Shown here: positions 1 to 12,772 of the stretch, in pieces
Position numbering within the stretch: position 1 is the first letter of the stretch
How the letters are laid out: each line of letters starts with the position of its first letter
Origin: Squalus acanthias
Taxonomy: Eukaryota
Reading direction: 5' to 3'
Assembly (NCBI GenBank): GCA_030390025.1
Contig: CM059432.1
Span: forward strand, 66,714,001-66,778,000
Length of the DNA stretch: 64,000 bases
Notes under the pieces: generated by a model
The model's input: the letters and a program-made list of their open reading frames with translations, nothing else
The model's database searches: none
Told to the model about the DNA's origin: nothing
Program-made: the position numbers and the translations under genes

Positions 1-1460
1 CCCCAATTCCCATTTCAACATATGTCCTACCTTGCTTTACCTCTGTTACTGACCATCACAGCGTCCTCTTGGCCACAATGCTGAAATAAAAGCCACCACA
101 AAGCAAACTTTCCAATCCAACTTTATACATATATGCATCTAATATGACATCAATAAATCAACGAATCATCATTGTGCATTCCTTTAGTGACTCTTGTGTG
201 TGCCTTTGCATATCCTACTGATGTCACGTAGTGCTACCCCAGTGGCTGCAGCATGGCTGCTGACTTTCAGTGGGGGACATTTCAGATGGCCGTGCAGGAT
301 GACCTCAAGGAGCTGGTGGCTGGGAGTGTCAAATTGAGTGACTGTGTTTCTTCTTCTTCACTCTCCTCTCTCTCTCCTTGGTCACCCATTGGCTGGGCAG
401 ACTGCATTTCTTGGGTGTCTGAAATGAGGAAAGCATAAGGGTAGAGTTGTGGTGAGGGGAGAGTGGGAAAGCAAGAGCTGCATGCTTACACCATATGCAG
501 CTTGTACATCAGAAGATATTGTGGGATGAGGGGGAAGTGGGATGTGAGAAGGAAGATGATGTATGAGGATACCTGCATCTTGTATTCTTTCAGCCCCGCT
601 GCTGGCTAGGGACTCAGTCATGCCCCTGCTAAGAATGGCCAGCACCGTCTTCTCCAAGGGTGTGAGGTGAAGCTAGGAATGTGAGGTGTGCCTTGTGATT
701 GGTACAGATTATTGGTAGGTGAGTGATGTTGGGAGGTTGTGCAATGAGCAGTGTGTGAGGCTAGTGGTGCAGTTGGTAGGAAATGGCTTTTGATGATTTA
801 TTCACTGACCTTGACCACTGGTTTGAGGTCATGAAACTTATTTGGGCACTGAGCCAGGTTGTGGGGGCGACACTTCTGGCAGTGACGGCCTCAGCGATCT
901 GGTCCCTCATCATTCTTTCTGGAGGGCCTCCTGGCCTCCTGTGGGTAGAGGAACTCTCTTGCAGTGTTGACCCCTGCACAAAGCTGGATTGCTGCGTGCA
1001 AGATCTTGGTGCCCTGGCTTGTTGAGCCTTTTGTGTTAACGCATTTGTTTTATGTGCGGAAGGCAGTTCAGCTTTAAGAGCTGAAGACTGCCATTTCAGA
1101 ATTAAAATTAATGTTTATTTTTTTCTCAGAAGGCAGTTGACCTCTAAGGGCTAAAGATTGCCTATTTTTAAATGATTTTATTTCTTTCATTTTAGAAGGC
1201 AGTTGCTGCTTTCTAAAATGACAGGGTAGCTTTAAGAGAATGCTGCCTCACTCCAGGGACGCTACGGCCACGTTATATTGGGCCTCCTGTTGAGACTACT
1301 GCCTGAAACAGTACATTTCATGGTAAGTTTTGCACTGTGCTAATTAAATCAGCGGGCAGCACCAAAATACCGGTGCTAGCTGCGCTCTTTTTGCGGGTGG
1401 CCGTTAACTTTGGCTCGCGGTGGCACTGGCCATTTCCCAGCCTAATCGAATTTCTCGGCC
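1..1460 (-). mobile_element. Degenerate PIF/Harbinger element, Myb/SANT-side half (runs off the window's left edge)
   Basis: Decayed Myb exon 1 on the minus strand (~808-1010, ...KFHDLKPVVK|GTGAAT) and remnants of exons 2-3 homologous to other copies in the window; ends in TIR-like AATTTCTCGGCC at 1449-1460. Confidence 0.75.
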
Positions 1461-1530
1461 TTTGTTTCTCTCTTTCCACAGATGCTGCCTGACTTGCTAA
1501 ATTTTTCCAGCATTTTCAGTTTTTTATTGA
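1461..1530 (+). mobile_element. Penelope-like element 3' tail fragment
   Basis: TTTCTCTC..CACAGATGCTGCCTGAC..TTCCAGCATTTTC matches the reverse complement of the Penelope tail at 49056-49155. Confidence 0.55.
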
Positions 1531-1993
1531 ACTTTAAACATTGTTTTAGCTCTAGAGTTTACTGGATCCAATAGAGTTTTATGCTTCAAAGTTGTTTTTC
1601 CATGCTGTATCTAGGAAAACATTTTGTACTGTACTAGTTAACCAGAAACAATTGCATCTGCACACCCATGATCATGTGAAAGCAGAGCGCAGAAAATACT
1701 GGATGAAGTATTTTTTACAACTTCTAATGAATCCTCTCAAAAGAATCTGGTTAGCATTAACATTTGTAAGTTGGTGAGTGGATATCTTGACAGAGCTTGA
1801 CAGAGTTGGCTGTGAAAAGTTTGTGTGCTCAAATAAAAGTGATCCGTGGAGACCAAAACATCAGTAAAAGATCTGAGAAAGAACTATGCCAAAGAAACAT
1901 TCTCAATAAGCGATTATGGGACAAGGGATAACAGAGTATGGTGGTGGTTATATAATTTCCTCTGTTTGGAAGAACAGACATAGTACTCGATTA

Positions 1994-4058
1994 TAAGAAC
2001 ATAAGAAATAGGAGCAGGAGTAGGCCATTCGGCCCCTCGAGCCTGCTCCGCCATTCAATAAGATCATGGCTGATTCAATCTTGGCCTCAACACCACTTTC
2101 CCGCTCTCTCCCCATACCCCTTGACTCCCTGTAGTTCAAATGTCTGTCAATCTCCGCCTTGAATATATTCAATGACTCCACCTCCACAGCTCTCTGGGGT
2201 AGAGAATTCCAAAGATTCACGACACTCTGAGAGAAATTCCTCCTCATCTCCGTCTTAAATGGGCAACCCCTTATTCTGAAACTATGCCCCCTAGTTCTAG
2301 ATACCCCCACTAGGGGAAACATCCTCTCAGCATCCACCCTGTCAATCCCCCTCAGAATCTTATATGTTTCAATAAGATCACCTCTCATTCTTCTAAACTC
2401 CAATGAGTATAGGCTCAACCTGCTCAACCTTTCGTCATACCTCAACCCCTTCATCCCAGGAATCAACCTAGTGAACCTTCTCTGAACTGCCTCTAATGCA
2501 AGTATATCCTTCCTTAAATATGGAGACCAAAACTGTATGCAGTACTCCAGGTGCGGTCTCACCAGCGCCCTGTAAAGTTGCATCAAAACTTCCCTACTTT
2601 TATACTCCATCCCCCTTGCAATAAAGGCCAACATTCCATTAGCCTTCCTAATTACTTGCTGTACCTGCATGCTAACTTTTTGTGTTTCATGTACTAGGAC
2701 CCCCAGATCCCTTTGTACTACAGCATTTTGTAGTCTCACTCCATTTAAATAATAATTTGCTTTTTCATTCTTCCTTCCAAAGTGGATAACCTCACATTTT
2801 CCCACATTATACTCCATCTGCCAAATTTTTGCCCACTCACTTAACCTATCTATATCCCTTTGCAGACTCTTTGGATTTTATGAATGGAGACGTATTGGAG
2901 GCGGGACTGCTGCTTGCCGGGTTTCAGTCCCGCCTCCATCAGCTTCTGGCCAACCAGTGGGATTTTCCCCTGATTGACCTTGTTAAGCCCGCCCGGCGTG
3001 CTCAGCAGGCCAATTAGGGGGAAGTCAGTGACAGAGCCCGTCAACGTATGACGTGTCATCTGTCAAGAATTTTTGAAAGAAGAAATGTGAAGCTGTCAAA
3101 CACTGACATTCTATGTAGCTTGATGAACCTTTGTGTTCAGGACTCATCAAACCTTTCTACTTTGCAGAAATCAGCTAGCTGTTGGATCGGAGGATGCAAC
3201 AGCCAATCTGTGATCTCTACAATGGAGATGTCGGGGACTCCGGCTCCACAGCGGCTGAAGGCTGTAGGTGGAAACAAAGGTAAGTTAACATTTTCTAACA
3301 CTTTAAACTCACCTCACATACTTAACACTCCACACTTGCACCCATCACTCACCTCTACATCGCACTTTCAGACCCCTCCGACCCCCGCAGACCTCCTACT
3401 CGCCTCCTACACCCCAGCAGGGTTCCCCCAGGTTGGGAAGCCCGCACTTCAGGACGAAAAATGAGGATAATCCTATTTTCTACCTGTTAACTATCTGTTA
3501 ACAGGCAGTTAATAGGCTTTAATCCCTTCCCACCTCCAAGGAGATGGGACCCGGGGTGGGAAGGCTTCCCGCCTCCTGGCAAGAGGGCACGGAGGTGGGT
3601 TGGGGGCGGGTTTGCCACCCGCCCCCAAATTCTGCCACTTTCGCGGCAGTCCCGCTTCCTCGGGGCTGGTAAAATCCAACCATTTGTGTCCTCCTCACAA
3701 CTTGCTAACCCACCTATCTTTGTATCATCAGCAAATTTGGCTACAGTACACTCGGTCCATTCATTCAAGTCATTAATATAGATTATAAATAGTTGAGGCC
3801 CCAGCACTGATCCCTGTGGCACCCCACTAATTACTGATTGCCAACCGGAAAATGACCCATTTATCCCGACTCTCTGTTTTCTGTTAGTTAGCCAATCCCC
3901 TATCCATGTCAATATATTACCCCCAACCCCGTGCACTCTTAACTTGTGCAGTAACCTTTTATGTGGCACCCTATCGAATGCCTTCTGGAAATCCAAATAC
4001 ACTACATCTACTGGTTCCCCTTTATCCACCCTGTTTGTTACATCCTCAAAGAACTCAT
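1994..4058 (-). mobile_element. CR1 LINE, 3' part of ORF2 (reverse transcriptase) plus 3' UTR, split by a TIR element
   Basis: ORFs 3487-4071 (YLDFQKAFD, GVPQGSVLGP, KFADDTK) and 1948-2817 (RPHLEYC, FSQSVVNLWNSLP) are collinear across the 2871-3681 insert. Confidence 0.95.
2871..3681. mobile_element. Non-autonomous TIR element (~810 bp), Harbinger-type ends
   Basis: TTGGATTTTA (2871-2880) and TAAAATCCAA (3670-3679) form a perfect 10-bp inverted repeat; the insert interrupts the CR1 RT; the ends resemble GGGCTGGATTTT of the element at 5680; no credible ORF. Confidence 0.7.
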
Positions 4059-4221
4059 AAGTAGGACACATTATTTGTTGTGATGAATGATTTCTTCCAT
4101 AGCTCAGATCTGTGCAGAAACTGGCATTTTCACTGTTCTTGGGCAGTAGATGATGCTACACATGGTAAGTGTAGAAATATGCAAATTTGTTGTGAGATGT
4201 TGCACTGCCTCTGACATGCCT

Positions 4222-4785
4222 TTGTTACCTCTAGACTTGACTATTCCAACGCACTCCTGGCTGGCCTCCCACATTCTGCCCTACGTAAACTTGAGGTGAT
4301 CCAAAACTCGGCTGACCATGTCCTAACTCGCGCCAAGTCCCATTCACCCATCACCCCTGTGCTCGCTGACCTACATTGGCTCCCGGTTAAGCAAGGCCTC
4401 GATTTTAAAATTCTCATCCTTGTTTTCAAATCCCTCCTTGGTCTCGCCCCTCCCTATCTCTGTCATCATCTCCAGCCCCACAACACCCCTGAGATATCTG
4501 TGCTTCTCTAATTCTGGCCTCTCGAGCATCCCTGATTATAATCGCTCAACCATTGGTGGCCGTGCCTTCAGCTGCCTAGGCCCTAAGCTTTGGAACTCCC
4601 TTCCTAAACCTCTCTGCCTCTCTTTCCTCCTTTAAGACGCTCCTTAAAACCTACCTCTTTCATCTGCCCTAATTTCTCCTTACGTGGCTCGGTGTCAAAT
4701 TTTGTTTTATGAACTCCTGTGCAGCGCCTTGGGATGTTTCACTACGTTAAAGGCGCTATATAAATACAAGCTGTTGTTGTTGTTA
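4222..4785 (+). mobile_element. L2-clade LINE 3' end
   Basis: SRLDYSNALL..IQNSA..HSPITPVLADLHWLPV..GGRAFS..PKLWNSLP, then the tail AAAGGCGCTATATAAATACAAG followed by (GTT)n. Confidence 0.9.
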
Positions 4786-5304
4786 TAAAAATAGATTGAC
4801 CAATCATGATTTCAGATGTCACAAATAACGCTGATTCCCTGATTGGGTTTTCCCAGTGAAGAGCATTTCATAGAGGGAGCACTGCCTGGGAAATTACACG
4901 GCCATATCCTTTGATTTTTATCCAATAATTGAACTGGGTAGAAAACCAGGGGCTGCTGAGTGGCATTTTCTGGCCAATGCTCCATATGAGTGCTACTCCT
5001 CATCAGGACGTCAACCCTACTATCTAATGCAAATTTCTGTGTCATACTTCAAAAAAATTTAGAAACTAAATCAGTGATTTGGATTGTACAGAGACACTCT
5101 CCAGCAAATGAACAGTCACATTGGCCTAGAGTTTCTGTGAATTTTCACGAGCGCAATTCGCCGGAAATCGGCTAAACGAGCGTAAAAGATCGAGAAATTT
5201 TAAGCGCACGTTACATTGAGCATAACACGAGTTTCTGTGATTGCACCTGTTTTCAAGTGTTCGAGAAGACTCTTAAAATTAAGCTGGTTATTTTTAGGTG
5301 CAAA

Positions 5305-5679
5305 GAACATAAGAGCATAAGAATTAGGAGCAGGAGTAGGCCATACGGCCCCTCTAGCCTGCTCCGCCATTTAATAAGATCATGGCTGATTTTCGACCTC
5401 AACTCTACTTTCCTGCTCAGTTCCCGTAATCCTTGATTCTCATAGAGTCCAAACATCTATCTATCTCAGCCTTGAATATACTCAACGATTCAGCATCTAC
5501 AACCCTTTGGGGTAGAGAACTCCAAAGACTCACAACCCTCTGAGTGAAGAAATTCCTCCTCATCTCAGTCTTAAATGGCAGATTCCTTATCCTGAGACAA
5601 TGCCCCCTAGTTGAAGGCTCTCCAGCCAGGGGAAACAACCTCTCAGCATCTACCTTGTCAATCCCCCTCAGAATCTTAT
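5305..5679 (-). mobile_element. CR1 LINE 3' end
   Basis: ORF 5417-5785 contains KILRGIDKVDAERLFP..RRNFFTQRVVSLWSSLP; 3' UTR hairpin and microsatellite tail present. Confidence 0.9.
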
Positions 5680-8031
5680 GGGCTGGATTTTGCCAGCGCT
5701 CAGATGGCAGGTTCAGAGGTGGGTCAGCTGTCAAAATAGCAAAGATTGACCGGGTAGGAAACCCACTGTCAACCCAGCTCCACACGAGTCTTCCAGGTGT
5801 CGGGTCTGTCTGCGCTGAACAGACCTGACACCAAGTGGCGGGGGAGACAAGTTAGATCATTAAATGGCTTGTTAACACCCAATTTAATGCTATTTTGAGC
5901 CTACCTTCTAATTTTATGTGCTCCCCCATGGGTTACCTGCTGCTCGGAGAACACAACAGCTCACCCTGGCGTGAGTTGAGTCTTTTTGATTTATTGGATT
6001 ACCTGACAGCTGCAGAAGTGGTATAAAGGATACCATGTTGCAGCTGTTCAGTTTCAGAGCTCAGAAACTTTTGGTTACTGCATTTGTAAGACATAGAGCT
6101 TTCTGTAGCTTGCAAGCGTTTAGAGCCAACTCTGTATCCAGTGGCACCTCACTGGAACATCCTCTCTCACCATTGACGGATTTGCTGCTGTCATCGCTCC
6201 ATCGCCTGCCATCTATTACATCAGAATGGGTACAGTTTACACTCTCTCACCTTGGTCCTCAGAATCTGACCACGATGAGTCTTAACACCAGTAGAAGCAG
6301 GCACTCCAGCAGCAACAACAACAACAGCAACAGCGACAACCTTCTCCTCAACCACTTGATGCTGCACAGGGCAGAGGGCATCAGCGCAGGGCTGGACTTC
6401 ACTGGAGGCGCTACCCCTAACACAGGGTTTACAGGCAGAGGATGAGCTTCCTCAGCATGACTGAGCAGCAGTGCCAACGGAGGCTTAGGCTATCGTGCCA
6501 GGACGTGGTGGACATTTGCAGATTGCTGGAGCAAGAGCTACAGCCCAGAGGAGCGGTGGACAACCCTTACCAGTAGCTGTGAAAGTCTCCCTTGCCCTCA
6601 ACTTCTTCGCCTCAGGCTCCTTCCAGGCATCTGCAGCAGACATTTGCGGCATCTCGCAGTCGGCTGCACACAGATGCCCTATTTGACAAGTCAGCAAATT
6701 ATATAAACTTTGCAACTGATGAAGCAAGTGCTGCTGAGCGTGCGGTTGGCTTTGCGGCTCTGGCTGGAATCCCACGGGTGCAGGGCATCATCGACTGAAC
6801 ACATGTGGCCATCAGGACATGACATGAGGCTGCCACATGTGTTGCCACATTGGCATCAGCCCACATCAACACCATTAACCATTCCTACAATGACCAGTCC
6901 TATCTTTTCAATGTCACCACCATTAATGGAGATTAAAATAGCCCTGACCATCCACTCTGCCACTTCCAAGTGTCAACACAAATTTGCCAAGAACCACAAA
7001 GTTCACGCATGTAAAGATTTAATTGACAAAATCACTTTAACAGAAACTTGTCAATAACATTGAAAGAAACACCCAAGTGACTACCCTTGTGACTCTATTT
7101 GTGTGGCATCTTTCTTTTCTGAGTGCTTCTACGTGGTGCAACCCCTGTGGCTTCAGTAGAGGTAGCGACAGCCTGCTCACTTCCCTGCTGCATCTGCTTA
7201 GATGCCTTTGGCGGTCGTCCTCTGGGTTTTGGAGACTGTGTGGACCCCGCCAAAGTCTGCTCCTCCTGCGACTGTGCAGTGGCAAACTCGGTCATCGCTG
7301 TCCATGGAGGCATCTGGGGCTCTTACTGAAGGGTAGGCAAGGGGCTTGAAGTGTGAGAGCTTGGAGAGAAGCCCCCACTTGCATGTGCCCTCCCACCATC
7401 ATCCCTCTCATAGGTCACCCGCACTTCTCTGCTAGCAAGGAGTTGGAGAGCACCTTGCTGCACATCAGTGGGGCCATGAGGACCCATGTCGATATTGACA
7501 TTCCTCCTAGCAAGGACGTGTATGAGCTTTTGGTTTCTCTCCTCGATTGATACCCATCTATCCTCCATAGATGCCCATCTATTTTGAATTGAGACCATGT
7601 GCTCAAGCGACTGGTGCATTATGTCCTCCATGCAGGTTGCCAGCCTATCCATGGAGGAAACAACAGTCGCAAGCGCATGCACCACGGTGTTGGTCATGCT
7701 TGAGATTGACTCCTCCATTCTCTGCACACTCACAGTCACAGCGGTTGCTCCAGCTCCAGGACCACCCTCTTCGTTGATGGCCCTCGAGGCTGAGCGTCTG
7801 CATGCAGCTGAGCAGAGCTAGGAGACTCCTGCGCCCTACGGCGAGGAGTCTCCACTGCTGTTCCTGTCTCCACCATCTCCCTTTGCTCACTTGTGTCTTG
7901 TGAGACACCAGGTGACAGCACTACTCTATCTCGCGTACAACCCACCGAGGTGTGCATATCTGTGCTGGTGCTGGCTTGCCTTGTCAGAGGTGATGCTGCT
8001 CCCTCAGAGGTTGGGGCCTCCTCCGAGGAGT
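5680..8031 (+). mobile_element. Degenerate Harbinger element A (left TIR, deleted transposase pseudogene on +, Myb last exon on -)
   Basis: Starts GGGCTGGATTTT directly after CR1 sequence; transposase remnants [20 protein letters not shown] and [10 protein letters not shown]; Myb C-terminus KPRGRPPK..APRRSTQKRK in ORF 7095-7313. Confidence 0.85.
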
Positions 8032-9532
8032 CATAGAAAAATAGAATCATAGAAGATAGGAGCAGGAGTAGGCCATTCGGCCCTTCTAGCCTGCTCCGCC
8101 ATTCAATGCGATCATGGCTGATCATCCAAATTCAGTACCCTGTCGCTGCTTTCTCCCCATATCCCTTGATCCCTTTAGCCTTAAGAAATATATCCAACTC
8201 CTTCTTGAATCTATTTAATGAATTGGCCTCTACTGCCTTCTGTGGCAGAGAATTCCACAGGTTCACCACTCTCTGGGTGAAGAAATTCCTCCTAATTTCT
8301 GTCCTAAATGGCTTACCCCTTATCCTTAGACTGTGACCCCTGGTTCTGGACTCCCCGACCATCGGGAACATCCTTCCTGCATCTAGTTTGTCCTGTCCTG
8401 TCAGAATTTTATAAGTTTCAATGAGATCCCCTCTAATTCTTCTAAACTCTAGTGAGTATAAGCCCAATCGACCCAATCTCTCCTCATACGTCATTCCTGC
8501 CATCCAAGGTATCAGCCTTGTGAATCTTCGCTGAACTCCTTCCATGGCAAGAACATCCTTCCTCAGATAAGGCGACCAAAACTGCACACAGTACTCAAGG
8601 TGTGGTCTCACCAAGGCCCTGTACAACTGCAGCAAGACATCCTTGTTCCTGTACTCAAACACTCTCGCTATGAAGGCCAACATACCATTTGCCTTCTTAA
8701 CCGCCTGCTGCACCTGCATGCTTACCTTCAGCGACTGGTGCACAAGGACACCCAGGTCTCGTTGCACTTCCCCTTCTCCCAATCTATTGCCATTCAAAAA
8801 ATAATCTGCCTTTCTGTTTTTAACACCAAAGTGGATAACCTCGCATTTATCCACGTTATATTGCATCTGCCACGCTTCTGCCCAATCACCCAACCTGTCC
8901 AAATCATCCTGGAGTTTCTCGGCATCCTCCTCGCAGCACACACGCTCACCCAGTTTTGTGTCGTCTGCAAACTTGGAGATGTTACATCTAGTTCCCTCGT
9001 CTAGATCATTAATATATATTGGGGTAAAAATTCAGTTGGTTGCGCCTCCCGTTAGCGCCTTAAGAGGGCGCTAATGGGGCGCAAAGCCGCCAGCGCCCGG
9101 GCGCAGCGATGTTTGCGCCGCTCGGGAACTTAACTAGACATTGTGCGGCGCCGCTAAACCTTACTGCTGCGACCACCTGCGCGCGCAGATTGTGACGTCA
9201 TTCCATGGTGCAACGCCCTTGTGGCGCCCCGGAGCGGAAATTGAGTGGCGCCCCCTGCCTTACCGCCTGGCGCATCCAACGACCGGAAGACTGGAACGCT
9301 ATCAATCGCTGTGGGGCTGGGGGGGGGCGCTATTTAAAGGGGGCCTCTTCCTGTCTTTTTCTGTGGTTGACATTTTTGCACCACTCGTTCTGAGAGAGAG
9401 AGAGAGATTCGGAGAGAGAGAAAGAGAGACTTCTGCATTGAGTCAACGCTTTGTGAGGTAGTTTTGCCTACTGATCCTAACTTCGCTGCTACTTTGGTTG
9501 CTGTCCTTCATAACTTTGCTTGCAAAGAGACT

Positions 9533-10694
9533 CTGTGGGGGCTGCACTGAATGGGGGCGTCGTCCTGCTCCAGCTGAATCGGAGGACACAGAGACGCAGA
9601 GAGAGAGTGGCAATGATGGCCAGACGGAGGAGGGCCAACAGGCGTCTGTACAGGAGAGCTTACCCTCCCAGGGTATATCGTGAACAGCTCTCCTACATTC
9701 ATATGTCTGAGGAGCTGTGTTTGCGAAGGCTGCGATTCAGCAAGGAGGTGGTCACTGAGCTCTGCCACCTGCTGCAGCCAGATCTGCAGCCTCAACTGAG
9801 GTCCAGGACGTCTCTGTCGGTGGCAGTGAAGGTCACAGTGGCTCTCAACTTTTATGCTACTGGCTCATTTCAAGCTGCTGCTGGGGACCTCGCCAATATC
9901 TCCCAGTTCGCGGTGCATTGCTGCATCCGGCAGGTCACAAATGCCCTCTTTAAAAGGAGACGAGAGTTCATCTCTTTCCCCATGACCCCAGACAAGCAGC
10001 GTGACCGCGCTCTGGGCTTTGCGAGGATAGCGGGCTTCCCCATGGTGCAGGGCGCCATTGACTGCACGCATGTGGCTTTGCGTGCTCCACATGAGAATGC
10101 CGAGGAATTCCGGAACAGAAAGGGGTTCCATTCCTTGAATGTTCAGTTGGTCTGTGACCACAGACAGCTGATACTCGCTGTCAATGCCCACTATCCTGGC
10201 AGCTGCCACGATGCTTTTATCCTGCGCCAGACTACTGTGGCAGAACTTTCGAGGCACCGCATCAGCCAGTTGGTTGGCTTCTCGGGGACAAGGGGTATCC
10301 ATTGAGCACCTGGCTGATGACACCGCTCAGTACGCCCAACACCCCTGCTGAGCTGCGGTACAATGAGAGCCATCAAGCTACCAGGAACATCATTGAGGGC
10401 ACAATCGGCGTGCTGAAGCAACGGTTCCGCTGTCTCGACCATTCTGGAGGAGCCCTGCAGTACTCGCCTGAGCGAGTATCCAACTTCGTAGTTGTGTGCT
10501 GCATGTTGCATAACATGGCAATCGTCAGGACCCAGCCAATGCCACCAGGCCTTGGAGCACCACCAGAGGAGGAGGAGGAAGAGGAGGAAGAGGACGAGGA
10601 GGATGATCATCAGCAGCACCAAGGCGGGAGGGCGGCCCACAATGGTGAAACTGCAAGGGCCGTCCGTCAACGGCTGATAGCAAGCCGCTTCTAG
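9533..10694 (+). pseudogene. Harbinger DDE transposase (HARBI1-like), frameshifted
   Basis: ORFs 9520-10305 and 10302-10694 join through a 1-bp deletion near 10248 relative to copy 2; start ATG disrupted (CTCTGTGGG vs CTATGGG); GAIDCTH, LGDKGY and IEGTIG motifs present. Confidence 0.92.
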
Positions 10695-11006
10695 GGCCCC
10701 TGCTGTGGAAATGGCTTCTGCCATTGCTAACAACATCAATGAACCCAGCACGCAACCCCTAAGCCGGCCAAGGCACCAATAATTCCAAACACCAAACATG
10801 TATATTTTGAATACAAAAACTTATTTATTTTACAAACTCTGTGTGTGTCATTTCCTCATGACAAACTCATAGAAATAAACACAAAAAAACAGTCAATAAC
10901 ATAACTGGTTCTCACAACCTGGAGATAATGTCCAAAACACTAAACAAAAGTTGGACCACGAACCTCGGCCTTTAATAAAAAAATGACCAGCATTTTGTCA
11001 CACCTC

Positions 11007-12772
11007 CTACTTTTTGCCCTTCGAGGGTGATCTCCTTCCCTTGCGCACTTCCCCCCTTCTAACCCTACTGCTCCTCCGTAATGGGACCTCAGTGGCTGCA
11101 GCAAGGCTGGTGGAAGGCTGCTGATCGTCAGACCCTGACACTGCAGATGCCCCTGAAGGACGGCCTCGACCAGTTCTGGGCCTGGAGGGCCCGGCTGCAG
11201 ACTGCACCAACTCTGCATGGGCGGCAGCAGTCTGTCCTACAGGCGGTGGCAAGTGCAGTGGAGAAGTGACAGTGTTGGCAGCAGGAATGCTGTCATCGTG
11301 AGAGAGGACAGCAACTCCCTGCTCGCCCGACACACTGGCACTCCCACGGGGCAGCACTTCAGCATCCGGAGCAATCTGCTGGAGCACAGATTGCTGGCCT
11401 GCTGCGGCGCGGTGAGAGCCCCGGGGACATGTGAACGAACCATCGAGGTTGGCAGCAGTCAGTGCTCGCGTGGCCTCAATCTGAGTCTGCATGAGAGCAG
11501 TCAGAGATGGGATCACGGCAGTCAGTGACTGAATTGCAGCACTAAGCGTTAGTGTGGCATCCGCCTGTGCTACAGCGAAGTGCTCCACACTCCTTGCCAG
11601 TGACTCAATGCATTCGGGCACCCTTCCCACTGCACCCATGAGCTCAGTGTGCATGCCCACCGCCTGGGTGTTCATTTCTGCGATCAGCCGCTCCTCCTCT
11701 GCGTCCATTGCAGTAGGAGTCTCTGGCATACTCTCCCTCTGGGGAGAAGGCTCCCGTTCTTCCCTACCCCCATGGCGTTGCTGCAGCCCGCTGGGTCCTG
11801 GAGCTTCACCCTCATCAGACCCTTCCCCCCTGCTCCCCTCCAGGGAAGGCGTGTTCCCAGTGTGGGCATGGGCTTCCTCGGGAGAGGGTGGCACTGATGC
11901 TCCGGCTTCCTCTTCCTCATCGGCTGCAGCTTCACTCCCAGTGGCAGCTTGAGGGCCCGTCTCCTCAGCTGGTGAATCACCATCTGAAAGCAGGGAGGTA
12001 CAAGAGTGGCTTTAGCGTGAGGACAGGGTGGCAGTAAGGGAGGAATAAGTGCAGCGAGTTAGCAAGTTGGATTGAAAGTGTCAAAGGCTGGTGTTGTGAG
12101 GGACAAGTGGAAGGACAGAGGACAAAAAGGTGATGACCTTACCATTGCTGTCCAGAACGGGGTCGGCGTCTCCAGTGGTGACGGGACCGATCACCCGGCT
12201 TGCCACAATCCTGTGGACGCGCTCCTCAAGATCGCTGAGGGGTTGCAGCTGAGGCCGCCCTCCACCTGTCCATTGCTGCTTTCTCCGATTATGCGCCAGC
12301 TTGGCCTGTAAGAAAAACGACAGCATCTGAGTAAATATATAGCCATGGTCTTGCCTGATGTGCCTCCCATAGGTGAATAGCCCTTACTGTATGCAAAGTG
12401 TGGAATGTGTGTGTGTGTTTCATGAAAGGGCCATAGGTGTTGGATGAGTGTTGTGCATTGGGGTTTTAAGACCCTCTGGCCATAGAGTAAGGTTGAGATG
12501 GAGGGATGGAGAGGTATTGAGAAAAAGCCACTCACCCTGACGACCCGAGTGAGGTCGTTGAACTTTTTGCGGCATTGAACATGGGTCCTGGGCACCATGC
12601 TCCTGGAGGAGACGCTCTGAGCCACCTCCCTCCACACTCTTCTGTACTCGCGTGGCAAAGGCCTCCTGCCACTCTCAGGGAAGAGTATACATCTTCTGCG
12701 CTCCACCGCACCAACCAGAGCATCCAAGGCCCGCTCGGTGAAGCGCTGAGCTCGTTCTCTCACCCTCTCCAT
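11007..12772 (-). CDS. Harbinger Myb/SANT (trihelix) DNA-binding protein, 3 exons (12772-12536, 12305-12143, 11983-11007), 458 aa
   Basis: MERVRERAQRFTERALDALV..W.EVA..RTHVQCRKKFNDL domain; GT-AG introns of phase 0 and 1; exon lengths 237+163+977 nt give an open frame. Confidence 0.85.

Noticed and set aside
1592..1777. Short ORF ending near a GTAAGT donor as a host exon
   Set aside because: Weak acceptor context and no recognisable homology.
5121..5255. Harbinger-like terminus GGCCTAGAGTTT with CpG-rich sequence (similar patches near 24010-24250 and 37880-38060)
   Set aside because: No matching second end or TSD could be identified.
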